This document shows, in pieces, positions 35,201 to 45,882 of a DNA stretch of 64,000 bases. The stretch covers positions 17,881,382-17,945,381 of the forward strand of contig NC_068981.1 of NCBI RefSeq assembly GCF_001194135.2, written 5' to 3'. Numbering within the stretch: position 1 is the stretch's first letter; the number at the start of each line of letters is the position of its first letter. The notes under the pieces were generated by a model, which was given only the letters and a program-made list of their open reading frames with translations, made no database searches and had not been told where the DNA came from. The position numbers were made by a program, and so were the translations under genes. This DNA comes from Octopus bimaculoides. Its lineage: Eukaryota.

Positions 35201-35378
35201 TTGCCTGTGCTTGTGCCTTAAAAAGCACTCAGTCAACTCTGCTGGTTGGTGTTAGGAAGGGTGTCCAGCTGTAAAAGCCCCACCAAAACAGACACACAAG
35301 TCTGGTGCAGGCTCCTAACATGCCAGCTCCTGTCAAACTGTCCAACCCATGCCAGCAGACATTAAATGATGATGATGA

Positions 35379-35416
<38 letters not shown>

Positions 35417-38400
35417 TAGAAAAAATAATAAGGTACTCAGATATCTGGATGGTTGTACATTTGCAGATTTTTATTAATGTCACATGTTTTATAAATTAGT
35501 GCTTGCATCTATTCTTGTAGATTCTCCAGATTTGGAGAAAATCTGGAGAATCTACAAGAATAGATGCAAGCACTAATTTATAAAACATGTGTCATATTAA
35601 TAAAAATCTGCAAATGTACAACCATCCAGATCTCTGAGTATCTTATTATTTTTTCTAATATATAATTCCTGTATATCACCTCCAAACCTTCTAATATATA
35701 TATGTATATACACACACACACCCTTGTCTTGACATCTTGTAAATGAGCACCACTGTTATATAAATGATGTTGTTTGTTTCCAGTCATCCATAAAAAAAAA
35801 CATGTTTGGTCAAGGGAAATATTACCTTGCTGGGAAAGAGGCAAGAGCTGTCAACAGAAAGGGACATCCAGACATAGGAAATCTGCCCCAACAAATTCTG
35901 TTTGACACATGGAAATGATGATAATGATGTAATTGTAATCTCAGTCTTCTTGTTTCTTGATGTTGTTTAGCCTTAAACAAGTGTCACTGAACAAAGTGGT
36001 GTGATTTATTTCTAATCTGTGAAAACATGTCAAGCCATGAGGAAGTATTGCCTTACTTGGAAACAGGTGAGGGTGGGCATTTGGTTGTAGAATATGTCTC
36101 AACAAAAATCTTTCTCACCCATGCAAGAATGGAAAAGTGGATGATGACATATATACATATATGTGAGTGAAAGTGTTTTAAAAGAGTTCAGTGTAATATG
36201 CAATGATAATAAAATAAGTCAGAAGGTAGAGTTATATACTGTACCTTCATCTTCTTAGTTTTCTATCCTTAATATGCAAATACTTTCCTCTTTTACTTGT
36301 TTCAGTCATTTGACTGTGGCCATGTTGGAGCAGCGCACTTAGTCTAGCAAATTGACCCAGGACTTATTCTTTGTAGCCTAATACTTATTCTATCAGTTCT
36401 CTTTTGCCGAACCGCTAAGTTACGGGGATGTAAACGCACCAGCATTGGTTGTCAAGCGATGTTGGGGGGGGGGGGACAAACACATACATATATATATACA
36501 ATGGGCTTCTTTCAGTTTCCATCTACCAAATCCACTCACAAGGCTTTGGTCGGCCCGGGTCTATAGTAGAAGACACTTGCCCAAGGTGCCACGCAGTGGG
36601 ACTGAACCCGCAACCATGTAGTTGGTAAGCAAGTTACTTACCACACAGCCACTCCTACGCCTTAGATTTAAATAGAGATCAGTGTAGAGATTACCATAGT
36701 CATCATCATTTTATGTCAGTTTTCCATGGTAGCATGGGTTGTTCTTGCCCTTAAGAAACTTGGGACTCACTCATGATCAAAATAAGTTATTATTTGACAT
36801 TATTGTTTCTCTGATAGCTTTATGCTATTGTTTGGTAACTTAAATGACCATTCCAGTGTAGAATTCCAAGAATAGATTTTTCTTGACTTTGTAACAACTC
36901 AGTTCCAAAACCCAAAACAGCTTATTGATTTGTGACCGGCAATTATATTTTGTTTCTGATTTGTAGCAAAAAGGAATTAATATAATATTGATTGTTATTC
37001 TCATTGGCTTCAGCTACTGGAACCCAATTACTAAAATGTATAATTCTTCAAAATACTACTCCAGAATGTTCTAGGAAGCAAAGAGAAGAAATCAATGGTG
37101 ATTAATAAATTGGAAGTTGACCAGACCTACTTTCTTTAACGTCACTAATTTGGCAGCTGGTCGAACAGATGCTGTAGTATAGATATTTATGGAATAGATG
37201 GGACTTGTTCAGATCCTAGCATTATTGGCTTTTATCTTAAGAATTGAACTCATGTTCACCCTCTTAAGTAGTTGTATATTCCATAATTCAGTGGGCATTA
37301 ATGAAAACTTCTCTTACAGACATAGATGTGTGATTAAGAAGCTCACTTTTGTTCAACTGCATGGTACTTTGGACAAGTGTCTTCTACTATAACTGCAAAC
37401 CTGGTCAGTGAATTTGGTGGACAGAAACTGTGGAAGCCCATTGGATATAAGTATGTATGTGCCATCACTTGACAAGCGGAGTTGGTTTGTTAATGCCCCT
37501 ATAACTTAGAGGTTTGGCAAAAAGAGACCAACAAAATAAATACCATACTTAATGTTTTTTTTTTCTACTCTGGGCACAAGGCCTGGAATTTTTGGGGAGG
37601 GGGCTAGTTGATTAGTGTTCAGTGTAGTATGCAATTGGTACTTAATTTATCAACCCTGAAAGGATGACAAGCAAGGTTAACCTCAGTGGAATTTAAACTC
37701 AGAATGTAAAGACAGGCGAAATACCGCTAAGCATTTTGCCCAGTATGCTAACGTTTCTGCCAGCTCCAGACTTAATAATGTGCCACTGTCATGTAAAAAG
37801 CACCCATGTACACTCTGTAAAGTGGTTGGTTGTAGAAACCACGCCAAAACAAGAGGGGCATCCAACTGTGGAAATCATGCCAAAAAAAAAAAAAATCTCT
37901 GGAGCCTAGTGCAACCCTCCCACTTTGTCAGGTCCTTGTCAAACCATCCAACCCATGCCAGCATGGAAAACAGACATTAAATGATGACTACTGAGGTTAG
38001 TTTGTTTGACTAAACACTTCAGTGGTGGCCCAGCATGAAACTAGTAAAAGAAATTGTAGATATAGTGTCTATGGCTGTTTGGAACAATGTAGTTCTGGGT
38101 TTGATTCCATTACATCACATACTGGACAAGAGTCTTGCATTGTAGACATGTGTGGACCAATAATTAGTGAATGAAATTTGGTTGACAGAAACTGTAAGGA
38201 ATCTTGCTGAGGATGGATGATGTTAACTGCATGCAATTATAATAGATACAGGTGACTAATAGTTGACATCAGATGCATCCAGCCATAAGATAGTGTCTCA
38301 AAACGTCCAGTCTAATCCACACCAATATGTAAAAGTGGACATAAAAATGGTGAACAATTAATTATTCAGTGTCCATAAATTACTTAAACTGGACCACTTC

Positions 38401-41400
38401 TTTCAATCCATCCATTTGGAAGTCTCATTAAGAGACTTTTGAACACTCAACCCCAATGAGGCAATCACCATCTGGTTGGAAAATAACTATCCCTTACAAA
38501 TGGTACCACAAACATTTTTCTGAAGTTTTTAAATTGTAATTTATGAAGATTCTGTATCAGGCACGTGCCATCAGCAATTACTCAGGGTAGACGTTTATGT
38601 AGTAAAATGCACAAAAAATTAAGCGAAACACATGTGCGCGATTGAGTTGGAGGCAGAATTACTTCTGCCGTTAAAGCATGTAAAGAAAACATTGCTGTCG
38701 GAATGTACTACAACAGTACTATGCATAGTTTTAATACTGAGATTTAAAGTCAGGGCAAATGATGCCTACCTAATCTACGAAAAAATGAAACATTTTGCAT
38801 TTTATGCATAGTAATCAGACTAACCTTCATAATTATATTGAATTAGATGCATATTCTGCTATAAAAAGGAAAATGTAACTTTTGATCTATTTTATTCAGG
38901 GTAGGCACTGCCTACCTAGGCAGTACATCCCTGTCCTGTATATAGATGAATATATATATATATGGATGAATCCTGTTCACTACTTCCGTGAAACAGAGAT
39001 GCTGTTACTCATACTCAATTGTAAAGCTTCTCAACTTTATCACTTGTCTACAAGAATCAATTACACTGCATACTTACCTGAGAGAGAATATGGGGGTCAA
39101 CTCACTGGAGAAATGAGACATCAAAAACAAGCCCCATATGAAGGATACCCATGTAGAATGAGATGGTTCTAAAGTTAAATGTCTGATCTCATACTACGTA
39201 AACCTTTTCAATACCATCCATATTAATGTCTTCATAGTTCAAATTAAAATCTTTATAACATGAAATAATGTGATTACAGTTGGTCAGCACTAACACAATA
39301 TGCTCCAACATTTGTGTCCTTGAGCCAGACACTTTATTTCACGTTACTCCAGCCACATTCAGCTGGCAAAATTTGGGTAGCACCTGTATTTCCGAGAACT
39401 ATGTTATGGGTGTGCATATCTCTCTTTTACTTGTTTCAGTCATTTGACTGTGGCCATGCTGGAGCACCGCCTTTAGTCGAGCAATACGACCCCAGGGCTT
39501 ATTCTTTGTAAGCTTAGTACTTATTCTATCAGTCTCTTTTGCCGAACCACTAAGTTACGGGGGCGTAAACACACCAGCATCGGTTGTCAAGCGATGTTGG
39601 GGAGACAAACACATACATATATATATATACGATGAGCTTCTTTCAGTTTCCGTCTACCAAATCCACTCACAAGGCTTTGGTCGGCTCGAGGCTATACTAG
39701 AAGACATTTGCCCAAGGTGCCACACAGTGGGAATGAACCTGGAACCATGTGGTTGGTAAGCAAGCTACTTACCACACAGCTACTCCTGCACCTATATATG
39801 TTAATTTCACAAGCTGTTTTATTGACTGGGGCAATAGGAACCCTCATAAGCAATGGAGTGCCAATTTTCTTTTTTTTATGTTCCAGCATATAAGGTTAAA
39901 TATTTTAAAAAGCCTTCCCAAATCTTGTTTCTATTAAAAATTAATTGCAACTTACAGGCAGTTTATTCATTGAAAATATAGAACTGAAAGGGTTAAGGAA
40001 GTAAAGTAAATAGACTATTGACAAATGTTTTACATATAGGTGCAGGAGTGGCTGTGTGGTAAGCGGTTTGCTTACTAACCACATGGTTCTGGGTTCAGTC
40101 CCACTGCATGGCACCTTGGGCAAGTGTCTTCTACTATAGCTGCAGGTCAACCAAAGCCTTGTGAGCGGATTTATTTGGTAGATGGAAACTGAAAGAAGCC
40201 CATTGTATATGTATATGTGTGTGTGTTTGCCCCCTCACCATCGCTTGACAACTGATGCTGGTGTGTTTATGTCCCTGTAACTTAGTAGTTCGGCAAAAGA
40301 GGCCGATAGAATAAGTACTAGGCTTACAAAGAATAAGTCCTGGGGTCAAGTTGTTCGACTAAAGGTGATGCTCCAGCATGGCCACAGTCAAATGACTGAA
40401 AAAAAAAAAAAAAAAANNNNNNNNNNNNNNNNNNNNNNNNNNNNNNNNNNNNNNNNNNNNNNNNNNNNNNNNNNNNNNNNNNNNNNNNNNNNNNNNNNNN
40501 NNNNNNNNNNNNNNNNNNNNNNNNNNNNNNNNNNNNNNNNNNNNNNNNNNNNNNNNNNNNNNNNNNNNNNNNNNNNNNNNNNNNNNNNNNNNNNNNNNNN
40601 NNNNNNNNNNNNNNNNNNNNNNNNNNNNNNNNNNNNNNNNNNNNNNNNNNNNNNNNNNNNNNNNNNNNNNNNNNNNNNNNNNNNNNNNNNNNNNNNNNNN
40701 NNNNNNNNNNNNNNNNNNNNNNNNNNNNNNNNNNNNNNNNNNNNNNNNNNNNNNNNNNTTGACTGTGGCCATGCTGGAGCACCGCCTTTTAGTCGAGCAA
40801 ATCGACCCCAGGACTTATTCTTTAGAAGCCTAGTACTTATTCTATCGATCTCTTTTGCCGAACAGCTAAGTTACGGGGACATAAACACACCAGCATCGGT
40901 TGTCAAGCGATGTTGGGGGGACAAACACACACACACATACATATATACGACGGACTTCTTTCAGTTTCCGTCTACCAAATCCACTCACAAGGCTTTGGTC
41001 GGCCCGAGGCTATAGTAGAAGACACTTGCCCAAGATGCCGCGCAGTGGGACTGAACCCGGGACCATGTGGTTGGTAAGCTAGCTACTTACCACACAGCCA
41101 CTCCTACGCCTATGTTAATATTTAAATTAAAACCACCAATATATGTAAGAAAATTTTAAGTTGTTTCAAAACACCAGATTAACAATGACAAAGTTAAATC
41201 TCATAAAATTCTTGATTACTCTTAAATGTAATCGGTGCATGTGTGACTGTGTGGTCAAGAAGTTTGCTTCCCAGTTACATGGTTTCAGGTTCAGTCTCAC
41301 CGTGTGACACTTTGGACAAGCGTCTTCTACTACAGTCCTGGGACAATCAAAATCTTGCATGTGGGTATTTGGTAGAAGGATACTGAAAGAAGCCCATAGT

Positions 41401-42515
41401 TTGTGCGTGTACCCTTGTCTTGACATCTATGAAAAACATGTCTGGTCATGGTGAGATATTACCTTGCTTGGAAATGGATGATGGTTGGTGACAGGAAGGG
41501 CATCTAACCATAGACCCTTGTAAGTATAGTAAAATGAATGTGAAATGATATGATGATGATGAATGATAAGCTGAAATATGCATATGAAAGGATTATTTGT
41601 TGGAACACCTGACTTAAACCCTTTCATTACTGTATTTATTTTGAGATGCTCTGTGTTTCTTTGTTTTTTTGCGCCCTTTTAAAGCCTAGCCAGGCTCATG
41701 GGCCCGGTTTCAATGGCGTATGTGTTCCCCAGCTGGACGGGATGCCAGTCCACCACAGCGTTACTCATTTTTGCCAGCTGAGTAGACTGGAGCAACGTGA
41801 AATGAAGTGTTTTGCTCAAGGACACAACACGTCACTCAGTCCAGGAATCGAAACCACAATCTTACGATCATGATTCTGACACAATAATCAGTAAGCCACG
41901 TGCCTCCACCTGTGTTTCTTTTAATTATTTTAAATATAACGAAGAATTTAGTAAAATAACTTAGTTATCATTAAGCTAGTGTTAGAAACTTAAATTGTGA
42001 CTAAGGTTTGGTGAAAGATTTTCATTCAAAACATATGAAAACAAGGCATTTGTACTACAGAGCCAGAGCCGGTTTCAGTCGGGTTGGTAACAAAAGGGTT
42101 AAAGCTGAATGTTCTTCCTATTGTTGTCCACTCAACTAGCAAATGGTCAGTGGTTCAGCACCCTAAATATACAACTATTGAATCCATTGACACAGGTTGA
42201 ATAATAATGTGACTAATTATTTTACCCTCTCTTTTTATTCTTTCTTCACAGGCAACGGTCATTTTGCTACTTTACTATGTATCAACAACAAACTGCATCT
42301 CCCTTGGATACCAAGGATATGTCTGCAATCCACGTTTCGCCCAACAATACTGTCTGATGGGCTGCTTGAGCTGTATGGAATACTATGGAGTACAAGTTTA
42401 TAACCTTGCTCACTGTTGTTATGACTGCCAGGTAACTGGGGCTCGTTTGATTGACAATGGTCCAGATAAATGTTCCATGAAGTACATCAGAGACACTTAT
42501 CGAATACAGGAGTGA
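32214..42515 (+). CDS. Putative secreted cysteine-rich peptide precursor, eclosion-hormone-like (exons 32214-32237 + 42252-42515; ~95 aa)
   Basis: The exon at 42252 follows a polypyrimidine tract/CAG and reads ATVILLLYYVSTTNCISLGYQGYVCNPRFAQQYCLMGCLSCMEYYGVQVYNLAHCCYDCQVTGARLIDNGPDKCSMKYIRDTYRIQE*: a hydrophobic h-region, then a C-X3-C-X2-C-X13-C-X3-C-X14-C core plus 2 extra Cys. A phase-0 upstream exon ATG AAT CTG ATG ATA TAC AGC AAG|GTAAGT completes a signal peptide. Confidence 0.7.
32578..32868 (-). mobile_element. Mariner-derived MITE interrupted by an RTE 3' fragment
   Basis: Termini gagagggtgttgaaaagttcc / ctttttagcaccccctcata. Confidence 0.55.
35412..35662. repeat. ~250-bp near-perfect palindrome
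   Basis: ~122-bp arms around a ~5-nt loop at ~35534-35538. Confidence 0.9.
41670..41910 (-). mobile_element. tRNA-derived SINE, third family (related copy ~61555-61990, minus)
   Basis: Shared gactggagcaacgtgaaatgaagtgtttgctcaag core; tRNA-like head on the minus strand. Confidence 0.7.
42252..42515 (+). CDS. Main coding exon of the EH-like precursor (87 aa + TGA)
   Basis: tttcttcacag acceptor; open frame with 9 Cys; no in-frame ATG before the upstream stop, so an upstream exon is required. Confidence 0.78.
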   Translation, partial: ATVILLLYYVSTTNCISLGYQGYVCNPRFAQQYCLMGCLSCMEYYGVQVYNLAHCCYDCQVTGARLIDNGPDKCSMKYIRDTYRIQE

Positions 42516-44971
42516 TGCTGCTGTCTGACAGTGGAGCACAACAAGAAGGAAATGCTTCACTACATATTTACAGGTTTGACAATGATTCATCACCTTCAAA
42601 AATTCAGACGGAAGGTGTACAGATTATTTCCCTAGTACTTCTTCGAAGGCAGAGTCGATAAAGATGATGACTCTAAGAGTTCGCCAATGGAATAGTACAA
42701 GATTCTTGATGTGAATTTGTGTACTGAAACAAATTTTGTGGTGTCTTGGGAGGGTCATTATGCCAATAACTGTAAACACGCACTGGTTCAATACCACTTC
42801 TTTATTGCCAGTTAATGTGTTAAATATCTAACCATCTAACTAATCAATTGTTTGTTTAGTTAGTTGATTAGATATTTAACAAATTGGTTAAAATAAAGAA
42901 GAGGAATTGAACCTGTGCATGTGTTATTATTTCAGGGGTAATGACTCTCCGAAGACACAACAATGGAACAGTATTTATAGAAAATATTAATAAACTATTA
43001 GATGGCAGATTGCACAGAAGTTTATGTGTTTTCTTTGATATTGGCCATGGTCAGTGAAGTTAGTGATGCACGAGATGAAGGATATGGCATACAGTTTAGA
43101 AAGTTTAGTATACTGTAGTACCATGGACAGCAAACTACAGCAGTGAACGAGTGGAGTGATGTAAATGTAGGTTGTGAGAGTTCATTATAATCACGACACA
43201 AGATGCAACGAGTGGACCTAGGAAGATGACTGGTGATTTTCCCTTCTGAATGTGATGTATAGGGGCAGAGATGAAAGATGTGTTTATGGTTATGAATGAT
43301 AAGCTACAGAAGATTGTGAATTGTAACATATACAAGTGAAGTAGATCACATAAGCTGGAAGTTGTTCAGGAGTGAATAGGAATATAAATTTTCTTGCAGG
43401 GAAATATGCAACATTTGGGACTTAGTGTTGCTAATCACTACCAAATTATATGATCCCTGAAGGAACCAGAGAGGGTCCTCACTGATAGAAGAAACAGTGA
43501 GAGATATTGATGTTAACAATAGGTAGGATATTGAATTTGAAAGGGAGTGGTGGAAAGAGTTGTAACACCTGTATGATTGTGGGGCTTAGGTTGGCTGATA
43601 GATCCTTGAAGACAAGTTAGGAGAATGATGGCTACAGGAGAGATATTTTGGTTATAGAATGTACTCAAAATATACAACTGATACGAGTAAGGAAGCTTTA
43701 GATCTGAAGTTTACCACATTTTGTTAAAAGTTTTATCAAATGTAACAGCCTCCCTTTCATCTAGGGCCTTTCTGGAACTGACACTTCACAAACTTGGCCA
43801 ACTGTGACCCCGTCCCATCCCTAATGAGAATTATTTTAACTGTTTCACCTTTATTTTAGTATGGTTGGCAGGATTTCCCAGATTATAGTATTTGCTAACT
43901 TTTGAAGTAAGATACATCTGAAGCTTGATGCTCTTTCTGAAACAAGAAATGGTACTGAAGTCAATCAGGCAGCCTGAGGCAAACAAAGTTATGCTCTTAG
44001 CCTAGCAGAAGAGTTCAATGCAGTATTTGAAGTAAAATTTCAGCACATGTAATTTACAGGAAGACAAGAAAAGAAGATAAAGTGTAGTGGTGATTATTGA
44101 AACAGAAACAAAATGTCGATCACCAGATGTAATGAAAATGTTTAGATAGTTTACACGAACAACAAAGTTTAGACAAAATCAGTAAAAACAAAACCCTCCT
44201 GAATTGTATTCTAGATTGGAAAAAAAAATTTCTTTGATAAAGTTTTACTGTTGAGATGGACAGAGTTATGAAGGAAATTTAGTTGATGTGAATTTGAGTC
44301 CAAAAATTCAATCATGTATTTACAAATGCACACACAGACACACAAGCATTTGAATATTTCAGAAAATTTCGATTTCAGCCATTTCATTAAGCCATCCTGT
44401 GTGTTAGTGTGCCCAAAGGGTGAGCTGGGCAACACAGTTCTCATATTCATATCCGAACCATCGTTGAATTTGAATATGTCATAACCAACATGTGACAAAT
44501 TAAGATGTTGCTTGGCGATTGATTTTTTGGCTGGATTTCCTTTGTCAACATGGAGATTGGTTTATTCATCTTATGTCTCTGCTTGAAATGATATGAGGCA
44601 ATGCAATTCCAGTGTCTGCACAGAAGATGCGCAAATATGCAGATTTAAAGATTAATATTAAATTTATAAGAAAAAATATATCACCTTGAATTTGTCTGGA
44701 ACAATTTACAAAAAAAAAAAAAAAAAAAAAAAAAAAATCGTGTTTCTTTTCTACATAAAATGAATGATCCCAATTTCCACACACACACACCCACACACAA
44801 CTATTTACACATATACATATACAAATGCGAATAACTTGGCCATCACTTCAAGTAAAAAACATTAAAATTTTAAAAAATTGAAAGATTATTGAATTCATCT
44901 AATATGGTTTGTCCAAATGTCTGCAATGAGTTATAACTACCAATGAATAGAATGAGATTGTGAATTATTTC

Positions 44972-45007
44972 TTGTGATCAGCTCTAAAGCTTTAGAGCTG
45001 ATCACAA
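44972..45007. repeat. Perfect 36-bp palindrome
   Basis: TTGTGATCAGCTCTAAAGCTTTAGAGCTGATCACAA equals its own reverse complement. Confidence 0.95.
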
Positions 45008-45241
45008 TGAATCAATGGAAAAAAACATCTCATAAACAAAATAAAAATTTTAAAACTGGGAGGGAGAGAAGAATGGACTTAAAAATATATCAAGATATAT
45101 ATCACGTAAGTAGAGACATGGCATATATCTCGATACAAGAGGATATATCTTGATATATGTGAATGTATGGAGAACAAAAACAGGATGAAAAAAATTAAAC
45201 TGAATTCATAAAATCTATAAAAGAATGGAATTATCAAGAAA

Positions 45242-45882
45242 TCATGACTTGTTTCTGGACTTGATTTTTTGGAAAACTTGTCTCATTCGGTTGTAGGTAC
45301 CAGTGGACTGAGGCAGGTTCTCAAATGGTATGTGATCTTGAATACCAACTGAAAAGTTTGTTCTGTCTGGTAATGTGGGGAATGGACCTTTATTCTGATT
45401 CACTGGAGTACCGTAATCTTTGCCAAGGGACTGACACATTGACGGAGATGACAACGATGCAAACCCATCGGAGGCTGCCTGACTGTTACTGCTCTCATCA
45501 CTCGATAGAACAATGGAATTAGATTCTGATGCTTTTATCTGACTCTCAGAACTTGGCTGACTGTCTGAGTCTTCTTCCTGAAGTTGTTTCTGAAGACATC
45601 GATACTGTGCTTCAAGATCTTCCAAGGAATCTGAACTGAGAGCAGCATCAGATTTGGGTTTTGGTAGACAGAGAGGCTTTCTTTTCGTGGTAATCTCTGT
45701 AACAGGGCTCTGCCGTGAGGGCTGATTCCTAGGAGAATATTTCGAATCTGAACTGGAAGATGGAGGTGTGTCAGAAGGAAGTGGTGGTTTCGATGGTGGA
45801 GTATCAGATGGTAGAGGTGGTATGAAACAGTTGGTCTCTGTTAAGCGACACGTTCCCAGGTCTTCATAGTAAGGGAAACTCT
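45242..45882 (-). CDS. ZCCHC8: ZCCHC8 terminal exon (Pro/Ser-rich linker + conserved C-terminal FENLPQSTGTY domain)
   Basis: Long open frame (ORF track 45242-45973); acceptor catgcag. Confidence 0.93.

Noticed and set aside
37014-37105. Possible terminal exon joining 32121-32237 in another frame (LPKSEQVQQAKWKR...TGTQLLKC...INGD*)
   Set aside because: No recognisable homology and no start exon; the phase-0 reading of 32214-32237 as a signal-peptide start is more coherent.
39078-39170. Minus-strand exon-like segment with two strong donors
   Set aside because: No partner exons or recognisable product found.
44211-44560. 95-aa minus-strand ORF downstream of ZCCHC8
   Set aside because: No motif, runs into CA-repeat translation, no supporting splice structure.
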